Position numbers and translations under genes: made by a program
From: an uncultured Planctomycetota bacterium
GTDB taxonomy: Bacteria > Planctomycetota > Planctomycetia > Isosphaerales > Isosphaeraceae
Length of the DNA: 64,000 nt
Assembly: GCA_963845755.1 (NCBI GenBank)
Contig: CAWJTV010000005.1
Coordinates: 416,001-480,000 of the forward strand
Reading direction: 5' to 3'
Notes under the pieces: generated by a model
The model's input: the letters and a program-made list of their open reading frames with translations, nothing else
What the model was told of the DNA's origin: nothing
Database searches by the model: none
In this document: positions 1 to 10,461 of the stretch, piece by piece
Layout: every line of letters begins with the position of its first letter
Numbering within the stretch: position 1 is the stretch's first letter

Positions 1-18
1 GGTGATGGCGACGCGCAT
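1..18 (-). CDS. 5' end of a gene running off the window, probably a Rossmann-fold (NAD-binding) protein
   Basis: Reverse strand reads ATG CGC GTC GCC ATC ACC (MRVAIT) after a GGAGG ribosome-binding site; only 6 codons are visible. Confidence 0.4.
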
Positions 19-260
19 GCTGGCCTCCGCAATACAGACGGGAATCCAAAGACTCCCCGACTCATTATAAAATGATTGAAGGGGAAGCGGCTCGATAGCG
101 GTCTCCAAAGACCATCCTGTCCGATTCAGTCGTCTCCTGTGATCAGTGCGGTCGGAAGACACCGCACGGTTCGCGGTCCGTCCTCGATGTATTCGAGTCC
201 GCGTATCATCGCATAAGGATCGATGTGGCGACCGTCCTCCCGCTAGATTCTGTCCCCTCT

Positions 261-268
261 TAACGTTA
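261..268. promoter_or_regulatory. TAACGTTA palindrome, copy 1
   Basis: Lies in the divergent intergenic region about 80 bp upstream of the binding-protein gene; the same core recurs three more times. Confidence 0.35.
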
Positions 269-347
269 GGATATTCTGGCATTCGCCGTCCGGCAATCCC
301 ATGAAGGACACGGTCTCATCTCGGGCTCGATTTCAGGAGAGTTCACC

Positions 348-1283
348 ATGCGGAATCTGCTTTTGGGTGTGGCTGGGTTAATCGCCTTGCTCATCACCAC
401 TCGAACCGGGAGCGGTGGAGATTGCCCCGCCGGTTCCTGCGGCACCAAGGAGAACCCAGCCAGGGTCATCCGCATCGGTGCCGTCGCCTACGCTCCAGGT
501 GCCGTGACGGTCTTCGAAGGCATGCGCCGCTACTTCGATCGCAATGGTCTGCCCGTCGATTATGTCCTTTATTCCAACTACGACGTACTGGTCACGGCCC
601 TGGACAAGGGGCAGGTGGACATCGCCTGGAACACACCGCTGGCTCATGCTCGCTACCATCTTAAGGCCGGCAATGCCAGTCAGACTCTCGTGATGCGGGA
701 CGTGGACTGCAATTTCCGCTCCTTGCTGGTCGTACGGGCCGATGCGAAGATCGGATCTCTCGACGACTTGAAGGGAAAAACGCTGATCCTGGGAAGCTGG
801 CAGGCTGCCGAGGCGACGGTCCTGCCGATCCATTTCTTGAAGGAAAAGGGACTGAAACTGAGCCAGCTCAAGTTTCTTAACCTCGACGCTCAGGTGGACC
901 TGCGGGGGAATCCCTGTTCGAGCGAGATCCACGTTCTCAGCGCGCTCCAGGAAGGACGCGGGCAGTCGGGCATCATCGGCGAGAGGCTCTGGAACCGGCT
1001 GTCGAAGGAACAGCCCGACCAGGTCAGCCAATTGAAAGTCCTCTGGGTCTCCCCCTCGTTCAGCCATTGCGTGTTCACGGCGAACAAAGGATTCGATAAG
1101 GGGCTGGCGAGCCGATTCACCAGTCTGATGCTGCAGATGGACCCGAGTGATCCCCTGACTTCCGAAGTGATGCGGCTGGAAGGGACCAGGAAGTGGGTCG
1201 CAGGCAGCCCGGAGGGGTTTCAGGAATTGGTCAAGGCGCTGCGTGAGGAGCCAGGATGCTGTTCGTCAGAGTCTTGTCCATGA
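348..1283 (+). CDS. PhnD/SsuA-type (phosphonate-binding family) substrate-binding protein
   Basis: AGGAG ribosome-binding site, N-terminal signal-like segment, motifs GAVAY, DYVLYSNY, VDIAWNTPLA, LDDLKGKTL, SPSFSHCVF. Confidence 0.8.
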   Translation: MRNLLLGVAGLIALLITTRTGSGGDCPAGSCGTKENPARVIRIGAVAYAPGAVTVFEGMRRYFDRNGLPVDYVLYSNYDVLVTALDKGQVDIAWNTPLAHARYHLKAGNASQTLVMRDVDCNFRSLLVVRADAKIGSLDDLKGKTLILGSWQAAEATVLPIHFLKEKGLKLSQLKFLNLDAQVDLRGNPCSSEIHVLSALQEGRGQSGIIGERLWNRLSKEQPDQVSQLKVLWVSPSFSHCVFTANKGFDKGLASRFTSLMLQMDPSDPLTSEVMRLEGTRKWVAGSPEGFQELVKALREEPGCCSSESCP

Positions 1284-1419
1284 GAGCGATCCTCATCGAC
1301 GGTTATGGCGGGGTGAGCGGCTCCGGCTCGACGCGCGGCCGGATTGCGGCGCAGGCCTCGTCCATGACCGCGCGGCAGGATTCAACCCCGTGGAGTGGAA
1401 GATCCGCGGTTTCGTCCTC

Positions 1420-2722
1420 CTACTGCATTGTGTCGAACGTTCGCCTTTCCATCTCTCGGGTCCGCGCCTCATCGAAGCGGTGCTTTTTCAGGAACTCGTC
1501 GGTGATCCGGACTCCGAGTCCCGGGCCGCCAGGTGGAGCGACCGCCGCCTTGTCCCGACGCAGTCCCCCGTCGATAATTTCGCGGAAGACGGGCTCGTCC
1601 GGCTCGAAGAACTCGAGGACGAGGAAGTTCGGGATTGAGAGACACGCGTGGATCGAGGCGATGGTGCAGATCGGTCCGTTCGGGTTGTGCGGGGCGACCG
1701 AGACGTAGTACGTGTCGGCCATGGCCGCGATCTTCTTGAACTCGGTGATTCCGCCGGTGCGGGCGATGTCCGGCTGGATGATGCGCACAGCCTGGCGCTC
1801 CAGGAGTTCCCGGAAGCCATGCCGTCCGAAGAGGCGTTCCCCCGTGGCCAGGGGGACGCTTGCCGATCGCTGCACTTCCGCCATGGCCGCGATGTTCTCG
1901 GGCGGCACCGCCTCTTCGAGAAAGAACAGGCGGTAGGGCTCCGAGCGCTCGAATGATCTTGAGCGCGGAGTTGGTATTCCACCGGCCATGGACGTCGATG
2001 GCAATCTCATAATCCGCCCCGCCAGCCGCCCGCACCGCCTCGACTTGAGCCACGGCGCCTCGTAGTTCCTGGGGCGTGACCTCCCGATTGAAGGGCGAAG
2101 TGATGAACGGGTCGAACTTGCAACCGGTGAATCCCTTGGCTACCAGCTCCTTGGTCCGTCTGGCCAGAGCCTCGGGCGTGTGGGGGATCCCCTCGGTCCA
2201 ACCATTGGCGTAGATCCGCAGCGTCTCGCGGACCCTACCCCCGAGGAGGTTGTAGACCGGCACACCGAGCTTCTTGCCCACGATGTCGTACAGGGCCGTG
2301 TCGATGGCACTGATCGCGGCCATGACCACGCCGCCCATCCCGTTGTAGTAGAGGAAGCGATACATCCGGTTCCACAACTGTTCGATGTCCCAGGCCCTGG
2401 CGCCGACAACAACGTCGCTGAGTCTCTGGATGGCAGCCGCGATCGGCTGGACACCGGGGAAGTTCGTGCCTTCGCCCCAGCCGACGAAGCCGTCGGCCGT
2501 CTCGACCCGCACGAGGAGCCACGGCCCGTAACCCCTCACCCCGGTGAGCAGGTGGGGCTCGACCTTGACGACCCGGAGCGAGTCACCTGACTCCTCGGCA
2601 CCACGAGCCCAGAGGCGTCGCGAGGGGATACCGGACGCCAGAAGTCCACCGGTGATCCCCCGGGAGGCCTGCCGCAGGAACGATCGCCGTGAACCGAAGC
2701 CGACACCAGTACCCATCTTCAT
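1420..2722 (-). CDS. Mandelate racemase/muconate lactonizing (galactonate dehydratase-like) enzyme with Tat-like signal; one frameshift near 1942
   Basis: SRRSFL Tat motif; AIDTALYDIVGKKLGVPVYNLLGG, GCKFDP and IDVHG in one frame, then FLEE, ATGE, IIQPD, GGITE, APHN, PGLG in the next; one extra G joins them (KIIRAL-EPYRLFFLEE). Confidence 0.88.
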
Positions 2723-3162
2723 CGGATGCCCTCTCTGCCTCGCCGGTGATTCGATGATGTCCCGCCCACAAAGGTAAGCCAGAGCGATTTGGCGGTAGAC
2801 GGACGCTCGTCGCCGCATGATTGCGTATCTTGAGCCGCTCGAACAGGGGTCTCCCACCAGGAACTTCCGATCCCCGACGCTCCGGGCATGAACCCGTCGC
2901 TATTCCGCTCCTAACAGCGCGAGACGGTGGTGTCGGAGAAGCTGGAGGCGCTGTTGAAGCTGGTAATCGGGTTCGCCAAGTCTTCACCGACCACGAGATG
3001 CGGTTGAATGGCGGTCAGTTTGCTGATCGGCGTGTTGGGGCGCGATCGATCTGCATGCCTCAATGCAGAGTCCTTCACCGCGACGAATCCGGTACAGGAT
3101 ATCGCCCAGGTTCGCGCAGTGATTATGCTCTCAGTGGCGCTAACAAGAAGGGGGACAGGCAC

Positions 3163-4660
3163 GAATGCCACGAAGTTAGTGCACAAATCCTGCCTTCTAA
3201 ACAAGTTGTAGCATCTTGAGCAAAGGAGGGGCTCCGGGCAATCTGGTGGTAGGTCCCAGCCACCCTGACCCCGAAGGAGCCCTCCCGTGCCGGTACGGAT
3301 TGTCACCATCTTGGGCCGTCTCAAGCAAGACCTCGCCGACGGGCTTTCTCGCGAGGCCATCGAGCAGGCATGCAAGCAGGAGAAATACTCGTGGCGCGCA
3401 GCGGATGCTCGATCCGGTCACGACCGTCTATCTGTTTATCCTCCAGATCCTTCACGGCAACACCGCCTGTTCGCACGTGGTCCACTTCGGCCGATGGAAC
3501 TTCACCGATGCCGCCTACTGTGCCGCGCGGAAGCGGCTCCCCCTGGCGGTCCTCCGCCGCCTTGCTGCGCGGATCGCCGCGAGTGTCCGGACGGCGACGA
3601 CGGCCCAATCGACCTGGCACGGCCACCGGGTCTGGCTCCTCGACGGGTCGAGCTTCTCGATGCCCGACACCCGCGAGCTGCAGGAGGCATTCGGCCAGCC
3701 CAGCGGCCAGCGGCGGGGATGCGGCTTCCCGGTCGCCAAGTTTCTGGCACTCTTCGACCTGGCCACCGGCATGCTCCTGCGGGTCGAGCCGGCGCCGCTC
3801 CGCTCGCACGAGATGGCGCAATGCGCCGTGGCCACCTCCGCTCTGAACCCCGGCGACATCGCGCTGGGTGACCGCGCCTTTTGCTCATACGCTCACCTGG
3901 CCATCCTCCTGAACCGCAAGCAGCACGGGGTCTTCCGCGCATCAGCGCCAGATCATCGACTTCACTCCGGGTCGGCCGCAGGCGGTGCGGGGCAAGGGGA
4001 AGAAGCCGCACGAGGCAAAGATCCGTCCGCATTCGCGGTGGGTGCTCTCGCAGGGCGAATCCGATCAAGTAGTCATCTGGTCCAAGCCCAAGTCTCATCC
4101 GAGATGGATCACCAAGGATGAGTATGCGTCACTGCAAGAAGAGATCGCGGTGCGTGAGCTGCGATATAAGGTCTCGACGCCGGGATACCGTGTCGGCGAG
4201 GTGACGCTGGTGACGACGCTCCTGGACGCGTCGGTGTACCCGGCGGAGGCGCTGGCGGATCTGTACTTCCGGCGATGGCAGGTGAAAGTTTATCTGAGAG
4301 ACTTGAAGATCACGTTGAAGATGGATGTGCTGAAGTGCAAGACAGTGGATGGCGTGTTGAAGGAGCTGGCGGTCTTCGCCCTGGTGTACAACCTGGTGCG
4401 ATCGGTGGCGTGCCAGGCGGCGCAGGCTCAGGGCGTGGCTGCGGGCCGGGTGAGCGTGACCGACGCAGTGCGATGGCTGGTGGGCGCCGAAGGGGACGAG
4501 GATCTGTCGGTGATCTTGACCGTCCCCAAGCGGAAGGGTCGATTCGAGCCGCGCGTCAAGAAGCACCGCCCGAAACAGTACGATCTGATGACCAAACCCC
4601 GCAGAGAACTACGTAAAGAGCTTCTGGACAACAAGGTTGCAGCTTAAATTCGCGGCATTC
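3163..4660 (+). mobile_element. IS4-family insertion sequence, 1498 bp
   Basis: Imperfect terminal inverted repeats GAATGCCACGAAGTTAG and (reverse complement) GAATGCCGCGAATTTAAG; 11-bp target duplication GGGACAGGCAC at 3152-3162 and 4661-4671; single transposase gene. Confidence 0.92.
3287..4647 (+). pseudogene. IS4-family DDE transposase; two frameshifts and Lys at the expected catalytic Glu
   Basis: AYCAARKRLP, LLDGSSFSMPDT, GFPVA, LGDRAFCSY, LVTTLLD and LYFRRWQVKVYLRDLK spread over three frames (shifts near 3400 and 3945). Confidence 0.85.
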
Positions 4661-5524
4661 GGGACAGGCACCTCAAGAGACTGGGAGCCGTTCCCCTTTC
4701 TGTTAGCACCCGTGATGGTTTCGCGGGCAGCTTGGCTCGGCTGTGAACAGGTACCGGTCTTCCCGACCTAGCCCCTTGATTGCGATCCATCGGGCCGAGG
4801 GGGATAAGTGCCGGTGACCGGAAGGAGACTCATACCATGAACGCCGCGTTCTCTCGAAGGAAGCTCATCCAGGCCGCGGGCGCGGTGGCCTTGCCGTTTC
4901 CCGCCACGGCGGCGGCAAAGTCGTCCGGATCCCGGCATGAAGTCACAGACACACCCAAGATCTGCCTCGAACTCGGTGCAGGCGGCCTTGCAGGAGCCGC
5001 GCCGAACCATGCCGGGGCGCGGCGGGTGAAGCAGCTCGGGGTGGATCATGTGATTGCCAGGTACCCGGGCGCATCCCGTGGCAGGAGGCCCCGCTCCGGG
5101 AGCTGATCGACCGCCTGAAAAGCGAGGGTCTGACGGTGGGGAACATCATGATCAGCGGATTCCCCAAGACCCTCTATGGACGGCCCGGACGTGACGAGGA
5201 GATCGACAAGGTCATCCAGTCGATCCGCGCGGCCGGCAAGGTCGGTCTACCGGTCATCGAACGCCGATTTCCGCGGAGGGGAAACCGACTGACATTCTGA
5301 TCGGTCTGCACCGAGATCTGTAGGGGATCGCCCCGGTCGTTGTCAGTTCCTTCCTCGCCCTCGGTTCCGTCGCCCGTCAGGTACAGAGCCGGCGATGTCG
5401 TGATGGCAGGGGCCGATTCTTCCGCGATTTCACCGCGATTGCCTTCGAATGACCGCCGGCCGCGAGTAACCTGGCCCTCGGCTCGTCTCTGAAAACCGAC
5501 TGACAACCCGAGGGAGCACCGGTT

Positions 5525-5788
5525 ATGGATGACACCCAGTACCGGGAGTTCTTCGCCCGGCCCACGCAGCCGTATCACCGCCGTTACGAGGCCCTCCGTG
5601 CCGTGTTCCTCGACGGCCGTTCGCAGAAGGAGGTCGCCGAGCAGTTCGGCTACCGCTACAGCGCGCTGCGGCAGTTGGTCTATGAGTTCCGACGGCACGG
5701 CCGAGACCCTGGTGATGCCTCCCCCTTTTTCGAGAGCGGAAGTGCGGGCGCCCAGCCGCGTCGAGCACCGTGGCGCCGTCGCGAGTGA
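5525..5788 (+). CDS. IS orfA, helix-turn-helix protein
   Basis: RRYEALRAVFLDGRSQKEVAEQFGYRYSALRQLV HTH pattern; GGGAG ribosome-binding site; lies inside the IS. Confidence 0.75.
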   Translation: MDDTQYREFFARPTQPYHRRYEALRAVFLDGRSQKEVAEQFGYRYSALRQLVYEFRRHGRDPGDASPFFESGSAGAQPRRAPWRRRE

Positions 5789-7128
5789 ACGAGGATACCG
5801 AGCCCGAGACGGCCGAGGTGGCGGACCGCCAGCAACTGGTCTTATCCGGCACCGATCCCTTGCGGCTGAAGACACGCGTCGCGGGCTTGTTCCTCTTCCT
5901 CCCGCTGTTGGCACGCCTGAGGTTCGACGAGTTGGTCCATCAGGCTGGCTACGCGGGGTCGCGCATGGTCCCCGCCGACGCCGCCCTGCTGAGTCTCCTG
6001 ACGCTGAAGCTCCTGGACAAGGAGCGGCGCAGCCACATCGACGACTTCAACTTCGAGGGGGCGCTGGGCCTATTCGCCGGGCTGAACATCCTGCCCAAGA
6101 AGAGCTTCGCCACCGATTACTCTTATCGCGCGGGGCCCGAGCAGCAGCGGCGGCTCTTGGCGGGCTGGGTGAAGTGTCTGGCGCCGGTGCTGCTGCCCGG
6201 GGCGAACGCCTTCGCGCTGGATTTCCATCCCATCCCCTACCGCGGCGACGAGGCCGTGTTGGAGAACCATTACATCCCCGGCCGGGGCACGGCCCACGCC
6301 AGCGTCCAGTCATTCTTCGCCCAGGAGCACGAGAGCCGGGTGCTCTGCTATGCCAACGCCAACCTGACGCGCGACGAGCAGTCGGCCGAGGTCCTGCGGT
6401 TCGTCGAGTTCTGGCACGAGTTGACGGGGCACGACCCGGAATGGTTGTACTTCGACTCGAAGCTGACGACCTATGCGGAGCTGTCGAGCCTGAACCGGCG
6501 GGGCGTCCACTTCGTCACCATCCGCCGTCGCGGGGCACGGCTGGTCCAGAAGATCCTCCAGCGGCCGGCGGGCGATTGGACGGGCGCCGTCATCGACATC
6601 CCCAAGCGCCGTCAGAAGCGCGTTCGGTACCTGGAACAGCCGGTCCGGCTACGTGACTACGAAGGCGCGGTGCGACAGATCGCCGTGACCGGCCTGGGAC
6701 GGGAGGAACCCACCCTGTTCCTGACGAATCACTTCGAGGCGCGGCCGCGCGACCTGATCATCAACTACGCGCGGCGGAACCGGATCGAGGACGGCCTGGG
6801 CACGAGTGTGGACTTCTTCCATCTCGACTGCCTGTCCAGCGAGGTACGCTTGAATGTCGATTTGGATGTGGCGTTGACGGTGATCGCCCACGGCTGTTAC
6901 CGCTGGTTGGCCAGCGGACTGAAGGGCTTCGAGAAGGCGAAGCCGAAGCAACTATATCGCAAGTTCGTAGAGACGGGCGGAGCGATCGAGGTGGCAGCGG
7001 ACCGCACGCTACGGGTCCACTTCGACCGCCGCAGCCATAACCCCATCCTGCGCGAAGCCGCCCTCGACCGCGACTGCCCGCCGGTCTCCTGGTTGAGTGG
7101 CTACCGCATCGAGTTCCACTACCGGTGA
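5770..7128 (+). CDS. IS orfB, DDE transposase
   Basis: Candidate catalytic residues in ALDFH, LYFDS and YARRNRIE (Y-x2-R-x3-E); fills the IS; true start uncertain. Confidence 0.85.
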   Translation: MAPSRVNEDTEPETAEVADRQQLVLSGTDPLRLKTRVAGLFLFLPLLARLRFDELVHQAGYAGSRMVPADAALLSLLTLKLLDKERRSHIDDFNFEGALGLFAGLNILPKKSFATDYSYRAGPEQQRRLLAGWVKCLAPVLLPGANAFALDFHPIPYRGDEAVLENHYIPGRGTAHASVQSFFAQEHESRVLCYANANLTRDEQSAEVLRFVEFWHELTGHDPEWLYFDSKLTTYAELSSLNRRGVHFVTIRRRGARLVQKILQRPAGDWTGAVIDIPKRRQKRVRYLEQPVRLRDYEGAVRQIAVTGLGREEPTLFLTNHFEARPRDLIINYARRNRIEDGLGTSVDFFHLDCLSSEVRLNVDLDVALTVIAHGCYRWLASGLKGFEKAKPKQLYRKFVETGGAIEVAADRTLRVHFDRRSHNPILREAALDRDCPPVSWLSGYRIEFHYR

Positions 7129-7985
7129 TCCCTTCGGTGTCGCCCGGAGACTCGAGAAATGTCAGTCGGTTTCCCTCCGCGGAAATCGGCGTCGAATACA
7201 ACTTCTATGCGCACCGGCTGACGGAAGGCTACTACGAAGAGACCGGCCGGGCCGGCGCGGGCATGACGGCCTTCGACTACGACAAGGTCAAAGACCTGCC
7301 TCCGTTGGAGCGGGAAGGCGCCCACTCGCTCGATGAGATGTGGGCCAACGTCACGTACTTCCTCAAGGCGGTGGTTCCCGTGGCCGAGCAGTCGGGAGTG
7401 CGCCTGGCCCTGCATCCCAACGATCCACCGGCTCCCATCAGCCGGGGATCGGGCCAGATCATGAGCACCCTGGCGGGTTGGAAGCGGCTGATCGACATCG
7501 TCAAGAGCCCCTCGAACGGCCTCACCTTCGATTGCGGCGTGACCCGCGAACTGGGGGAGGATCCGGTCGAGGTTTGCCGCTTTCTCGGAGCGCGCGACTG
7601 CATCAACCATGTCCATTACCGCAACGTGACCGTACGAAAGCCCTACGAGAAGTACACCGAGGTGTTCCTCGACGAGGGCGACAACAATATGTTCCTGGTG
7701 ATGAAGGAGCTGGTCAGGCAGAAATACCCGCGCCTGATCTACCCCGAGCATCCTCGCGCCCTCGATTACGACCGCGAACGGCCGAACTTCCGATCGGGGT
7801 ACCCGGGCGGCGGGGGCTATGCGGCATACGCGTTCAACGTGGGTTACACACGGGCCATGTTGCAGGCCGCCCTGTCGTCATCATGAGCCGGCTTGCCCTG
7901 TCCGCCTCGGGCTGCCTTCGGACACGGAAGGGTTTCCTGCCATTCCACGAGTGCAGAGTTACCACGCGCCTTCAGCCCTCGGGGT

Positions 7986-9389
7986 TCAGCTCCAGAGACG
8001 GTCGTTGGAGCGATCCCGATTCCACTCGTCCGTGGGTGCGAAGTACGGCTGGCCGGGCGCCAGATGGGCTCGGATCACCTCTTCGTTCAGCTCGATGCCG
8101 AGACCGGGTCGATCAGGGACGTGGACGAAGCCGGCCTTGACCAACGGTTTCTCGGGGCCGATCACGAGGTCTTCCCACCAGGGCACATCAATGCTATGGT
8201 GCTCGAGAACGATGACGTTTTGGGTCGCGGCCGCGCAATGGACGTTGGCCATGAACGAGATCGGCGAGCCGGCGAAGTGCATGGCCATACCGACGCCGCG
8301 TTCCTCGGCGTAATCGCCGATCTTCTTGGTCTCGAGGATCCCGCCGGCGCTGGCCAGATCGGGATGGATGAGGTTGACGGCATGCGCGTCGATGAGTTTG
8401 ATAAAATCTTCTTTCAGATAGATATCTTCACCCGTGAGGGTGGGCACCTCGATGGCGTTCGTGATCTGCTTCCAGAGCTCGGGGTACTGCCAGGGGACCA
8501 GGTCCTCGAGCCAGGCGAGCTGGTAGGGCATGAGCGCCCTACCGAGGCGAATCGCGTCGTTGACGGAAAAGTGGCCGAGGTGGTCGGCGGCGAGCGGGAC
8601 CGAGTAGCCGATGGTCTCGCGGACGGTCGCCACGTACTCGACGAGTCGCGCGATCGCCCGGTCGGTCAGCTGGATCGCGGTGAAAGGATGGGGGGTCATC
8701 CGGTCGGCCGACCAGTTGAAACCCAGCGGGGCGGTGATCAGGCCCGGCTGCCCCGCGAGGAGGTTGATGCCCAGGTCCATCTTGAGGAACGTGAAGCCCA
8801 GGTCGAGGCGGGCTTTGAGTCGGCGCGCGTAGGTGGCACGGTCGCGCGAGATGACCGTATCGGCATAGAGGCGGACCCGCTCGCGGTAGCGACCGCCGAG
8901 CATCTGGTACACGGGGACCTCGTAGGCCTTGCCGGCAAGATCCCAGAGGGCCATCTCCACGCCGCTGACGCCGCCTCCCTGCCGGCCGTGGGAACCGAAC
9001 TGCTTGAGTCGCTTGAACAGGCGTTCGACGTTGCAGGGATTCTGACCCAGGAGACGGCTCTTGAGCATGAGTGCGTAACGGGGACTGCCCCCGTCCCGAA
9101 CCTCGCCGTAGCCCGTCAGGCCCTGGTTCGTATCGATCCGGATGATCGGCACCTGAAATGGAGCGCCTCGGATCTGGGCGATCCGGAGATCGGTGATTCG
9201 GAGGTCGGAGGGTTTGGAGCTTCGATTGACGTCTTGTGAGGCGTAGGCAATCTGCTCTTCGACGGAGGCACTCATCATCGCGGCCAGGGAAAGGCCTCCC
9301 AGGCCTGCTGATTTGAGCAAGCCGCGGCGGGTGAGCGAGGCGCCCTCGGGAGAGCATTGAGGGGTGTTACGCGTCGTCATGGTGGTCAT
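7986..9389 (-). CDS. Mandelate racemase/muconate lactonizing family enzyme with Tat-like signal
   Basis: LTRRGLLKS Tat motif; GVEMALWDLAGKAYEVPVYQMLGG, FLKMD, WLED, TGED, IHPD, GGILETKKI, PGLG. Confidence 0.9.
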   Translation of the reverse strand: MTTMTTRNTPQCSPEGASLTRRGLLKSAGLGGLSLAAMMSASVEEQIAYASQDVNRSSKPSDLRITDLRIAQIRGAPFQVPIIRIDTNQGLTGYGEVRDGGSPRYALMLKSRLLGQNPCNVERLFKRLKQFGSHGRQGGGVSGVEMALWDLAGKAYEVPVYQMLGGRYRERVRLYADTVISRDRATYARRLKARLDLGFTFLKMDLGINLLAGQPGLITAPLGFNWSADRMTPHPFTAIQLTDRAIARLVEYVATVRETIGYSVPLAADHLGHFSVNDAIRLGRALMPYQLAWLEDLVPWQYPELWKQITNAIEVPTLTGEDIYLKEDFIKLIDAHAVNLIHPDLASAGGILETKKIGDYAEERGVGMAMHFAGSPISFMANVHCAAATQNVIVLEHHSIDVPWWEDLVIGPEKPLVKAGFVHVPDRPGLGIELNEEVIRAHLAPGQPYFAPTDEWNRDRSNDRLWS

Positions 9390-9474
9390 CGCCGATAGAC
9401 TCCCAGGCTCCAGAGACGGCTCGACCGTGAGCGGGGCAGGTTCCGTCCGCGATAGCGGATGAGGCTCGGTTTTG

Positions 9475-10461
9475 TCACTTACCGCGGGGCGACCGTTCGC
9501 GAATCAGGGCCTCGATCGTGGTGCGCGGCACGTCCAATCGGTCCTTGTTCTGCATGAGCCAGCCGGTGAAATCCTCCTCGATCTCCCTGGTCCACCTGGT
9601 GTCGATCTGGCCCGGCGTGTAGGTCCCCTCGCGGAGGCGCTGATGGCCGAACCGGTCGCGAAGCATGATCCGCTCTGCCTGCTCGACGACCGCCTCGGCG
9701 AGTTGGGCGGGGATGAAGATGACCCCCTCGCGCTTGGCCAGGATGACATCGCCGGGGAGTACGGTCACATGTCCGATACGAACCGGGGTGTTCAGCCCCA
9801 TGAGCATCATGTCGCGGATGGCCGTCGGATCCCATCCCCGGACGAACGCGTTGAAGCCCTTGATCTCAGACAGTCCTTGGAGGTCGCGGACCGAGCCGTC
9901 GAATACGACACCGTTGCCGGACTTGGCGAAGATGGAGTTTCCCAGATTGTCCCCGATGAGGGTCCCGTCGTGGATCTTCCCGAAGCCGTCGGCAACGTAG
10001 ACGTCACCCGGCTGGAGGGCGTCGATGGGCCAGGAGTTCATGGCACCGACACGGCCTTCCTGATGGCCGCGGTCGAGCATGCGCCTGGCCAGCTCGGGGC
10101 GCGCGGGCATGTATTGAGCCGTGAGGGCGCGGCCCACCACGGGCACGTCATTGTGAATCATTTTCCAGTCGCCCTCGAATTGGGATGGGTAGCCGTGCGA
10201 GCGTAAATAACCCCATGCCTCTTCGATCGAGACCCTCCGCATCCGGGCCAAGACCCCATCGGGGACCTTGGGACGGCCGTCGGAGAAACGTTCGCCTTTC
10301 CATTCCGCCGTGAGGAAAACCAACTGCTCGCGGGAGATGGTCTGAGCCGGAACGACGTCGCCGAAACTCACGACGAAGCAGGCCATGAGCGACGTCGTCA
10401 GCAACATGACGCGCTGCTCTCGCCGGTTGTGGGACGATGCGATCTGGGTTGTCTTGAGCAT
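9475..10461 (-). CDS. RraA/HMG-CHA aldolase family protein with signal-like N terminus
   Basis: AGGAGG ribosome-binding site; GRALTAQY, LQPGDVYVAD, IGDNL, GVVFDGSVRD, VRIGHVTVLPGDVIL, EGVIFIP. Confidence 0.82.
   Translation of the reverse strand: MLKTTQIASSHNRREQRVMLLTTSLMACFVVSFGDVVPAQTISREQLVFLTAEWKGERFSDGRPKVPDGVLARMRRVSIEEAWGYLRSHGYPSQFEGDWKMIHNDVPVVGRALTAQYMPARPELARRMLDRGHQEGRVGAMNSWPIDALQPGDVYVADGFGKIHDGTLIGDNLGNSIFAKSGNGVVFDGSVRDLQGLSEIKGFNAFVRGWDPTAIRDMMLMGLNTPVRIGHVTVLPGDVILAKREGVIFIPAQLAEAVVEQAERIMLRDRFGHQRLREGTYTPGQIDTRWTREIEEDFTGWLMQNKDRLDVPRTTIEALIRERSPRGK

Larger units (their letters stand above)
3136..4710. repeat. REP-like imperfect inverted repeat split by the IS4 element
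   Basis: Left arm GGCGCTAACAAGAAGGGGGACAGGCAC (3136-3162); right arm GAGCCGTTCCCCTTTCTGTTAGCACC (4685-4710), whose reverse complement is GGTGCTAACAGAAAGGGGAACGGCTC. Confidence 0.6.
5262..7191 (+). mobile_element. Insertion sequence, 1930 bp, DDE transposase of the IS4-like clan; family not assigned
   Basis: Near-perfect inverted repeats of about 34 bp, CGCCGATTTCCGCGGAGGG(G)AAACCGACTGACATT; 5-bp target duplication TCGAA at 5257-5261 and 7192-7196. Confidence 0.93.
4837..7886 (+). pseudogene. uxuA: Mannonate dehydratase (UxuA family) with Tat-like signal, interrupted by an IS; extra frameshift near 5060
   Basis: FSRRKL Tat-like motif; removing the IS and one target copy restores GRDEEIDKVIQSIRAAGKVGLPVIE-YNFY in frame; FLKAVVPVAEQSGVRLALHPNDPP, NGLTFDCG, HVHYRN, PEHP. 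Confidence 0.85.
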
